From Pelagibacteraceae bacterium AG-333-C14 (GTDB lineage: Bacteria; Pseudomonadota; Alphaproteobacteria; Pelagibacterales; AG-422-B15): a DNA stretch of 64,000 bases. Location of the stretch: assembly GCA_003282485.1 (NCBI GenBank), contig QBZD01000002.1, positions 4,769-68,768 on the forward strand, written 5' to 3'. Below are positions 47,351-55,184 of this stretch, one piece after another. Numbering within the stretch: position 1 is the stretch's first letter; the number at the start of each line of letters is the position of its first letter. The position numbers and the translations under genes were made by a program. The notes below the pieces were generated by a model that was not told the origin of the DNA, searched no databases, and saw only the letters and a list, made by a program, of their open reading frames with translations.

Positions 47351-50300
47351 ATGAGCAATAAACTTATTCAGGCCTTGGAACCCCGTCTTATGCTTGACGG
47401 TGCAGCAGTCGCAACTGCAATTGATGCGGTTGATGATTTAGCTCAGTTTCAAAAATCCGAAAGCGACAAGTCATCTAAAGCAGATCACTTCAAAGTTGAT
47501 AAAGACACAAAGTTACCTTTTGTAAATTTAGATGCATCAACTCAAAATGCAAAATCAAGGCAGATTGTATTTATCGATAGTACGGTTGAAGATATTGAAA
47601 CTCTAATTAACAGTTTTGACAACAATACAGACGTGCATGTCATACAAAGTGATCAAGATGGATTTGTTACTATGCAAAATATTTTATCATCGCAAGAAAA
47701 TATAGATGCGGTTCATGTCATTGGTCACGGTAGTGTAGGACAGATTGCCTTTGGTACAGCTGTATTAAACAGTGACACATTAAATACTTATGAAAACATT
47801 CTCCAAGAGATTGGAAATAGTCTCTCAGAAAATGGAGACATTTTATTTTACGGTTGTAACGTAGCCGCAGATCAAAGTGGTGAGATCTTAATCAAACAAA
47901 TTGCAGATATTACTGATGCAGATGTAGCGGCATCAGATGATGTGACTGGTAAGGGTGGCGACTGGGATTTGGAGAAACATACAGGCATCATCGAGACAAA
48001 AAATATTACAGTTGCAGATTATGATTATGCACTTGATGCATACGGAGTAGATTCAATTAATTCAAGTGTTGTTGCTATCCATGATGCGACAAACTATGAG
48101 GCACGTTGGACAGGTGATAGTACTAACCGAGACGGACAACAGGATCCAAGTTCAGATCGATTTGTTTTATCTCAGGAAAGAGCCAGCGTCACTAGTGGCA
48201 CAGGCACATTAAATTTTGACGTCTCTGCTGGAGCAAGTTCATTCACACCCAGTGCAAGTAATCCAGTCCATGTTTATTTGCTTTTCTCTAATGATGAAAC
48301 AAATAGCAATTCGAGAAGACAGGGTAGCAGAGTTGGTCAAGTAACTTTTGATAATGAAATTCTTGGTATTTTTACAAACCCACTAAATACCATTGCAATG
48401 ACAGGGATTTCAAAATCAGGTGCCACATACCCAACATCGAGTTCAGATAAAATTGGAATGAGGGATTTAGAATATAAGAATGACAATGCTCCAGGACAAA
48501 GTGGAAATGGTGACTGGTTTGCAATATCAAACAGTAACAAGACCATTCAAATTGGTACTAAAAACGGTTTAAAAGGTGACTTTGTTCGTATCATTACCAG
48601 AGCACCAGTTTCAAACAATGACCCTGTTGGTAACAATGATACTGGCGCAGTTAATGAAGATGCAAGTGTCTCAGTAAGTTCAGGTAGTGGCGTCTTGTCA
48701 AATGATACAGATGCTGATGGAGATTCACTCACTGTAAGTGCAATATCAGGAGGATCTCTTGGATCAGCTCTAAATGGCACATATGGACAGCTAACCATGA
48801 ATGCAAATGGTAGCTACACGTATACCGCAAATAGAGATGCTGCAGACCCTCTTGATCCAGGCGATACAGTAACAGATACATTTACATACACCGTATCCGA
48901 TGGAACCGATACAGACACCGCAACGCTCACGATTACTATCACAGGAGTTAACGATCCAATAACAGCCGTGAATGATACAGATGCCGTAAATGAAGATGCA
49001 ACCATCAATCGAAGCACTTCAGACTCTCAAGAATTGGACCATGATGATACCGACCCTGATGCCGATGATGCATCTGGAAGCTTCACCATAACAGCAATTC
49101 GAACAGGCAGAGAAAGTGCAAGTGGAACCAGTGGTACGGTTGGACAAGCGCTTACTGGTACCTATGGTGTGTTAACTGTTGCTGCGGACGGTAGTTATAG
49201 TTATGCAGCGACAACAAGTGGTGCAGATGGCTTAGCTCACGGAGCGACAGCAATTGATTACTTCACCTACACAGTCAGGGATCATTCTAGTAGTCCCAAT
49301 GATACAGATACAGCTGAACTTGCAATTACAGTTACAGGAGTTGGACCAGTGGCATCGAATGATACGGGAGCAGTTAATGAAAATGCAACGCTATCTAAAA
49401 ACGCAGGTGCAGGCGTCACTGCAAATGATACAAGCGGTGATACAGAGAGTCTCGATGTAACTGCTATTTCGTCTAATGGTACTGGAACTTCTGGCACAGT
49501 AGGGCAAGCCTTAACTGGGACTTATGGTGTTTTAACATTGAATGCTGATGGAAGTTATTCATATGTTGCAAATACTGCAGCTGCTGAAGCGTTAGATGCT
49601 GGAGACAGTGTAACAGATGTCTTTACTTATACTGTGGCAGATGATGATGATGCAAGTACAGACACGGGAACATTAACAATCACCATTACAGGAGTAGATG
49701 ATGATCCAGTTGGCGTTAACGATACTGGTGCTGTTAACGAGGATGCAACACTTGAAGTTAACCAGGTAAGTAGCGGTGTTTTAGCAAACGATACCGATGC
49801 TGATGCTGATGCAAGTTTAACAGTTTCAGCAATTTCTGGTGGAACTGTAGGACAAGCAAAAAATGGCACATATGGCGCACTTACCTTAGCTTCTAATGGT
49901 ACTTATACTTATGTGGCCAATCAAAGTGGGGCTGACGGCCTTGCTGCTGGTGCCACTGCAACAGACACCTTCACATATACAGTGAGTGATGGAGCAGGAA
50001 CCACTGATACAGCTACTTTAACAATAACTGTTACAGGAATTGGACCACAAGCTGTAGATGATACAGGCGGCGTCAATGAAGATGCAACTCTCACCGTTAA
50101 TGAAGCATCTGGAGTGATCAGTAATGATGATGATAACAGTAGCTTTGATAGTGAAAGTTTAGCAATAACAGGCATTAGAACTGGTACTGAGTCTGGAAGC
50201 GGTTCGGCTGGAACAGTTGGAGCTGCATTAACAGGCACATACGGTCAATTGACAATCGCTGCTGATGGAAGTTATGAGTATGTTGCTAACCAAGCTGCGG

Positions 50301-53300
50301 CCGATGCTCTTGACCCAGGCGATACTGTTACGGATACATTTACTTACACCGTAAAAGATGATGATAATAAAAATGCTGATACTGGTGAGCTTGTTATTAC
50401 GGTAACGGGTATTAATGATGACATCACTGCAGTCAATGATACAGATGCACTAAATGCTGGTGCAACAATTACTCGAAGTACCTCAGATACACAAGAGTTA
50501 GACCATGATGATACAGACCCAGATGCGGATGATGTTTCAGGATCATTTACAATTACAGCAATTCGAACTGGGGCAAGTGAAGGCGCTGGAACCGCTAAAA
50601 CTATCGGACAAGCTTTTACAACGACTTACGGTACTATGACAGTCAATGCAGATGGATCATATACCTATGCTGCTGATCAAAACGGCTCAACAAGTTTGAG
50701 TAATGGAGCAACTGCAACAGATAGTTTCAACTATACTGTACAAGACCACAATAGTGGAGATACAGATACTGCAACTCTCGTGATTACCATTACTGGATCA
50801 AACAATAGAAACCCTGTCGCATCAAATGATACTGGAGTCATTATTGAGGATGGCACACTTACTGTTGCAGATGGTGGTTCTGCAGTTACAGGCTCTGATA
50901 GCAATAACAACAATGAAAGTGGTGACACTACAGGTGATGTCTTAGTCGGGGATACTGATCCTGATGGTGATACCTTAACAGTTACTGCTATTTCAGGAGG
51001 AACAGTTGGAGATGCCGTTACAGGTACATTTGGTACACTGACAATTCATTCAAATGGACGTTACACATATGAGGCTGATCAAGCCGCAGCTGATGCTCTT
51101 GATCCAGGTGATACTGGAACTGATACTTTTACATATACGGTAGGGGATGGAAATGATGGATTTGATACTGCAACACTAACCTTTACAATAATTGGTGCTG
51201 ACGATGATCCAGTTGGAGTGAATGACACAGGGTACATTAACGAAGATGCGACTTTAAGTGTTTCAGATGGCGGTTCTGCAGTAACTGGTTCTGATAGCAA
51301 TAATAACAATGAGAGCGGCGATACAACAGGAGATGTTCTTGCGAATGACACGGATGCGGATGGGGATGCAAGTCTTGTAGTTTCTGCGATTTCTGGTGGA
51401 ACATTAGGCCAAGGAGTAGCGGGCACTTATGGTACTCTGACTTTAAATGCAAATGGTAGTTATTCATATGTAGCTAATCAAAGCGGCGCAGATGGACTTG
51501 CAGCAAATGCAACTGCAACTGATGTGTTCACTTATACCGTAAGTGATGGTACTGGGACAACAGACACAGCAACGCTTACAATTACAGTAAAAGGGGTTGG
51601 TCCAGTTGCAAGCAATGATACGGGCAGTGTGAATGAAGATGCAACGTTATCTGTAAATGCAGGTTCAGGAGTTACGTCAAATGATACTGGCGGTGATACT
51701 GAAAGTCTAGCGGTCACAGCAATTAGAACAGGCACTGAATCAGGCAGTGGATCTTCGGGTACTGTTGGTCAATCATTAACAGGTACTTATGGTACACTTA
51801 CCATCAATGCTGATGGATCATATACATACGTTGCTGATCAAGCAGCTGCCGATGCTTTAGATCCAGGGGACTCTGCTACAGATACTTTTACTTATACTGT
51901 GGCAGATGATGACGATAAAAATACAGATACAGGTGAGATTGTCATAACTGTTAATGGAACAAACGATGATATTGTTGCAGTTAATGACACTGACGCTGTG
52001 AATGAAGATGCGACAATCTCCCGATCAACCAGTGATACACAGGAGCTTGATCATGATGATACAGATGCTGACGGTGATGATGTTCCAGGATCATTCACAA
52101 TTACAGCTATTAGAACAGGATCAGAGAGTGGATCTGGAACGTCCGGAACTATTGGGCAAGCTTTAACAGGCACATACGGCACACTTACGGTTAATGCTGA
52201 TGGATCATACACATATGTGGCTGATCAAAATGCAGCTGACAGTATTGTAACTGGACAGACAGCAACGGATACATTTACTTACACGGTTAGAGATCACAAC
52301 AGTGGATCCACAGATACAGCAGAGCTTATCTTTACAGTAACAGGTATTAATGATGAAAACCCTGTGGCTGTTGATGATACAGACACTGTACCGAAAGGTG
52401 AAACAATTACGAGAGCAGCCGATACAACTTTTGCACTTAACGCAGACGACACTGATGCAGATGGGGAGTCGTTAACAATTTCTGCAATTAGAGTAGGACA
52501 AACTGAAGGCGGTGGAGATTCAGGTACACTCGGTTCAGGTCTTGTAGGCACATATGGTACTCTTACTCTTAATGCTGATGGAAGCTATAGTTACGTTGCT
52601 GATCAGACTGCAGCAGATAGGCTTAAACGAGGAGAGAGTGCAATTGAATATTTTAATTACACTGTAACAGATGGAACAAATGAGGACATTGGTGTGCTTG
52701 CAATTACTGTTACTGGTAAAAGTGATCCACCCGTACCGGTTGATGATACTCTTGCAATTGATGCTGGTGCAACCGGAATAAAAGATGCAACTAATGGTGT
52801 TTTAAATAATGATACGGACCCCGACGGTGACAGTTTAACAGTAGACACTATAAGAACTGGTGAAGAGTCAGGTACTGGCACATCCGGTACAATTGGATCA
52901 CCTCTAACAGGAACGTATGGTGACTTAACTATAAATTCTGATGGTGGCTATGAATACAAGGCTAATAATGCGAAGGCATTAAATCCAGGTCAAACAGCAA
53001 CAGAATACTTTACGTATACCGCAACAGATGGAGAAACGCCTGTAGAAGCTCAGATAGCCATTACTGTGACTGGTATCAATGATCCACCTGAAGTAATTAA
53101 TCCAATTGAAGTGCCTGTATTAGTACAAGGGCAAAAGATTACAATCAGACACAAACAAACCTTTGATGATCCAGATACTGGTATTTATGATATTACTGAA
53201 TACAAAATTATTGATCCTGAGACAGAAGCAGAAACCAGTCTACCAGAAGGTCTTTCATTAAGGGAAAATAAACTTACAGGAAGACTTACTACACCAGGTA

Positions 53301-54454
53301 CATACACTATTACTATTAGAGCAATCGATGGTGCAGGACTCTATGCAGATCATACATTCACCATCACTGTTATTCCAAAGGTCATTATTGAGCCAGAGGT
53401 CGAACAGGCAGAAGGAGATTCATTTTCACTTGAGCCAATTGAACCTATAAAAGTAAAGCCTGCTAAAATGCAGGAAGTCATTAATGAGGTGAATATTATT
53501 GATGATGAAGGCTTTACTCTTGATACAATTTCAATTGCAGATACCGCATCCCTATCTAAGCCGCTTAAGTTTAATGGCGGCCTAAGATTGATGGATGCTG
53601 TTGCGAGCGAGGTATCGGGTGATGATAATACAGATTTAGCGATTGGTGTTAAATTAAATGACGATAATCAAAAGAATGTTGAACTATATTCAGGACAATT
53701 ATCCGACGGACAATCATTGCCTGAATGGATTAAAGTTGATCCTGAAACAGGTGAGACAACTGCAGAAATGCCAGATGGGATTGATCAGGTAGAAGTTCAA
53801 CTTGTTGCGTTAGATAAAGATGGAAATACTCGTGATATAAACATCGTTTTAGACAAAGCTAAAATCAAGAATGACCGAGACTTCACTCGTGGTACTGTTG
53901 GTCAAACTAGAGTTGTTGTTGATAATGACGCAAACGTAAACTTGATCAGAGAGAACAACAATGCATCTAATCAAACAGCAAATAATAACTTAAACGCTCA
54001 AACAGATTTTGAAGGCACAATGAAGTTAAGCAGTCTTCAAATGGATGCAGGCCAATACACAGTTGATGTAATTGATGACAATCAATCGAATGTAAAAATG
54101 TATAAAGCTGAGCTAAAAGGTGGTGTTGAACTTCCAGATTGGATTACGATTGATCCTCAAACAGGAAAAATAGCAGCCGACCCATCTAAAGGTCGAACTG
54201 GATCAGCTGCTCCCTCATTCTTAACAGATAGTCTTCAGGTTCTTGAACTAAAGATTATTGCTGAAGATGAAGACGGAAAAGAAAGAGTTATTGAAGTTGA
54301 GATTGATCTTAATGAAATAACGGGTGCTGAGACAGATGATGAAAATTCAGCATCAGATGACGAAATTTCTTTTATTCCACTTGATGAGCAATTAAAGCTA
54401 CACGCTAAGAGAGCGGATAGCTATGGCGAAAAGATTATATCTCTAGTAAGCTAA
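47351..54454 (+). CDS. giant surface/adhesin-like repeat protein (LEPR-XLL N-terminus, DUF4347, 12 VCBS/cadherin-like modules, 3 dystroglycan-type cadherin-like domains)
   Basis: 2367-aa uninterrupted ORF. N-terminus 'ALEPRLMLDGAAVA', DUF4347-like aa 71-208 ('VFIDSTVED...VHVIGHGSVGQIAFG...ILFYGCNVA...GGDWDLE'), 12 modules of about 105-135 aa ('NDTGAVNEDATL...NDTDADGD.LTV.AI.GG..G....GTYG.LT.NA.GSY.Y.A...AAD.L..G...TD.FTYTV.D......T.TITVTG.ND'), then 'LPEGLSL', 'LPEWIKVDPETG' and 'LPDWITIDPQTG' domains. No GGxGxD RTX nonapeptides. Confidence 0.9.
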   Translation: MSNKLIQALEPRLMLDGAAVATAIDAVDDLAQFQKSESDKSSKADHFKVDKDTKLPFVNLDASTQNAKSRQIVFIDSTVEDIETLINSFDNNTDVHVIQSDQDGFVTMQNILSSQENIDAVHVIGHGSVGQIAFGTAVLNSDTLNTYENILQEIGNSLSENGDILFYGCNVAADQSGEILIKQIADITDADVAASDDVTGKGGDWDLEKHTGIIETKNITVADYDYALDAYGVDSINSSVVAIHDATNYEARWTGDSTNRDGQQDPSSDRFVLSQERASVTSGTGTLNFDVSAGASSFTPSASNPVHVYLLFSNDETNSNSRRQGSRVGQVTFDNEILGIFTNPLNTIAMTGISKSGATYPTSSSDKIGMRDLEYKNDNAPGQSGNGDWFAISNSNKTIQIGTKNGLKGDFVRIITRAPVSNNDPVGNNDTGAVNEDASVSVSSGSGVLSNDTDADGDSLTVSAISGGSLGSALNGTYGQLTMNANGSYTYTANRDAADPLDPGDTVTDTFTYTVSDGTDTDTATLTITITGVNDPITAVNDTDAVNEDATINRSTSDSQELDHDDTDPDADDASGSFTITAIRTGRESASGTSGTVGQALTGTYGVLTVAADGSYSYAATTSGADGLAHGATAIDYFTYTVRDHSSSPNDTDTAELAITVTGVGPVASNDTGAVNENATLSKNAGAGVTANDTSGDTESLDVTAISSNGTGTSGTVGQALTGTYGVLTLNADGSYSYVANTAAAEALDAGDSVTDVFTYTVADDDDASTDTGTLTITITGVDDDPVGVNDTGAVNEDATLEVNQVSSGVLANDTDADADASLTVSAISGGTVGQAKNGTYGALTLASNGTYTYVANQSGADGLAAGATATDTFTYTVSDGAGTTDTATLTITVTGIGPQAVDDTGGVNEDATLTVNEASGVISNDDDNSSFDSESLAITGIRTGTESGSGSAGTVGAALTGTYGQLTIAADGSYEYVANQAAADALDPGDTVTDTFTYTVKDDDNKNADTGELVITVTGINDDITAVNDTDALNAGATITRSTSDTQELDHDDTDPDADDVSGSFTITAIRTGASEGAGTAKTIGQAFTTTYGTMTVNADGSYTYAADQNGSTSLSNGATATDSFNYTVQDHNSGDTDTATLVITITGSNNRNPVASNDTGVIIEDGTLTVADGGSAVTGSDSNNNNESGDTTGDVLVGDTDPDGDTLTVTAISGGTVGDAVTGTFGTLTIHSNGRYTYEADQAAADALDPGDTGTDTFTYTVGDGNDGFDTATLTFTIIGADDDPVGVNDTGYINEDATLSVSDGGSAVTGSDSNNNNESGDTTGDVLANDTDADGDASLVVSAISGGTLGQGVAGTYGTLTLNANGSYSYVANQSGADGLAANATATDVFTYTVSDGTGTTDTATLTITVKGVGPVASNDTGSVNEDATLSVNAGSGVTSNDTGGDTESLAVTAIRTGTESGSGSSGTVGQSLTGTYGTLTINADGSYTYVADQAAADALDPGDSATDTFTYTVADDDDKNTDTGEIVITVNGTNDDIVAVNDTDAVNEDATISRSTSDTQELDHDDTDADGDDVPGSFTITAIRTGSESGSGTSGTIGQALTGTYGTLTVNADGSYTYVADQNAADSIVTGQTATDTFTYTVRDHNSGSTDTAELIFTVTGINDENPVAVDDTDTVPKGETITRAADTTFALNADDTDADGESLTISAIRVGQTEGGGDSGTLGSGLVGTYGTLTLNADGSYSYVADQTAADRLKRGESAIEYFNYTVTDGTNEDIGVLAITVTGKSDPPVPVDDTLAIDAGATGIKDATNGVLNNDTDPDGDSLTVDTIRTGEESGTGTSGTIGSPLTGTYGDLTINSDGGYEYKANNAKALNPGQTATEYFTYTATDGETPVEAQIAITVTGINDPPEVINPIEVPVLVQGQKITIRHKQTFDDPDTGIYDITEYKIIDPETEAETSLPEGLSLRENKLTGRLTTPGTYTITIRAIDGAGLYADHTFTITVIPKVIIEPEVEQAEGDSFSLEPIEPIKVKPAKMQEVINEVNIIDDEGFTLDTISIADTASLSKPLKFNGGLRLMDAVASEVSGDDNTDLAIGVKLNDDNQKNVELYSGQLSDGQSLPEWIKVDPETGETTAEMPDGIDQVEVQLVALDKDGNTRDINIVLDKAKIKNDRDFTRGTVGQTRVVVDNDANVNLIRENNNASNQTANNNLNAQTDFEGTMKLSSLQMDAGQYTVDVIDDNQSNVKMYKAELKGGVELPDWITIDPQTGKIAADPSKGRTGSAAPSFLTDSLQVLELKIIAEDEDGKERVIEVEIDLNEITGAETDDENSASDDEISFIPLDEQLKLHAKRADSYGEKIISLVS
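47375..47395 (+). other. LEPRxLL motif (LEPRLML) at residues 9-15 of the giant protein
   Basis: Direct translation: ttg gaa ccc cgt ctt atg ctt, followed by DGAAVA. It matches the N-terminal motif I recall as the 'LEPR-XLL domain' of very large repetitive proteins, which is frequently followed by DUF4347. Confidence 0.7.
48610..53089 (+). repeat. in-frame tandem array of 12 VCBS/cadherin-like coding modules with a 4-module super-repeat
   Basis: Module boundaries are marked by recurring '...TITVTG(I/V)(N/G/D)D/P' then '(V/I).(A/V)(N/D)DT'. The subtype starting 'I(T/V)AVNDTDA(V/L)N...RSTSD.QELDHDDTD' recurs at 48959, 50423 and 51971, a spacing of 1464 and 1548 nt. Confidence 0.9.
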
Positions 54455-54464
54455 GAAAAACCAT

Positions 54465-55184
54465 ATGAACAACATTGTAACATTTGCAGTTATTGCTTGC
54501 TGTATCTTTTTTCCATTTAATTTACTAGCTGAAGAATATTCAACACGTGTTTTGGTAACTGCAACTGAAGAGGCAACAATATCAAGTGAACTTGCCTCAA
54601 AAGTTGAGTCTATTCCATTTGCAGAAGGTACAAATTTTAAAAAATCAGATGTATTAATTAAGTTGGACTGTTCTTTTTTTGAAGCCCAAAAAGATGTAGT
54701 ACAAGCGGAGTTAGAAAGTGCCATCGTAACCTTGAAGAGCAATCAAGAACTTGCAACGATGAGGTCCATTGGTGAGTATGAAGTTCAATTGTCACAAATA
54801 GCAGTAGATAGGGCTAAGTCAGAGTTGAAAATTGCTCAGCTTAATACAGATCGTTGCATTATACGTGCTCCCTATGACGGAACAATGTCCAAAGTGTTTG
54901 TAAATGAATATGAAAGCATTGAAAGGCAACAACCGATGATTCAAATTATTGGCTCTGGAATATTGGAAGCAAAACTTATGATTTCAAGTAAATGGTTGTC
55001 ATGGTTGTCTGAGGGCCATCCATTGACCATTTTAATTGATGAAAATGGTTTAAAATATAGTGCTACAGTGAATACCTTGGGGGCGAATATTGATCCAGTA
55101 AGTCAAACTATTGACGCTACTGCAAAATTTGATGAAAATTATGAAACATTACTTCCTGGAATGAGTGGGACGGCAACATTTTGA
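54465..55184 (+). CDS. small periplasmic membrane-fusion (HlyD/RND-adaptor-like) protein
   Basis: 239 aa. Signal peptide 'MNNIVTFAVIACCIFFPFNLLAEE', a lipoyl/barrel-sandwich pattern ('ATISSELASKVESIPFAEGTNFKKSDVLIKLD ... IIRAPYDGTMSKVFV') and a short coiled-coil hairpin. It starts 11 nt after the giant gene's stop. Confidence 0.75.
   Translation: MNNIVTFAVIACCIFFPFNLLAEEYSTRVLVTATEEATISSELASKVESIPFAEGTNFKKSDVLIKLDCSFFEAQKDVVQAELESAIVTLKSNQELATMRSIGEYEVQLSQIAVDRAKSELKIAQLNTDRCIIRAPYDGTMSKVFVNEYESIERQQPMIQIIGSGILEAKLMISSKWLSWLSEGHPLTILIDENGLKYSATVNTLGANIDPVSQTIDATAKFDENYETLLPGMSGTATF

Noticed and set aside
48337-52881. More than a dozen antisense ORFs of 65-115 aa on the - strand inside the giant gene (for example 48547-48798, 49921-50238, 51079-51426).
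   Set aside because: They lie entirely within the 7.1-kb + strand ORF. They translate to low-complexity Ser/Pro/Val/Thr strings that mirror the Asp/Gly/Thr codon bias of the sense strand. They recur at the repeat period, so they are a compositional artefact.
48610-53089. Regularly spaced repeats that could be mistaken for a CRISPR or other non-coding array.
   Set aside because: The units are ~315-400 nt, contiguous with no unique spacers, in frame, and encode recognisable VCBS/cadherin-like modules.
47351-54454. An RTX-type T1SS substrate annotation for the giant protein.
   Set aside because: My reading of the translation found no GGxGxDxUx nonapeptide repeats. The Asp-rich 'NDTDADGD' segments belong to the VCBS/cadherin-like modules. 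A cryptic C-terminal T1SS signal cannot be excluded from sequence alone.
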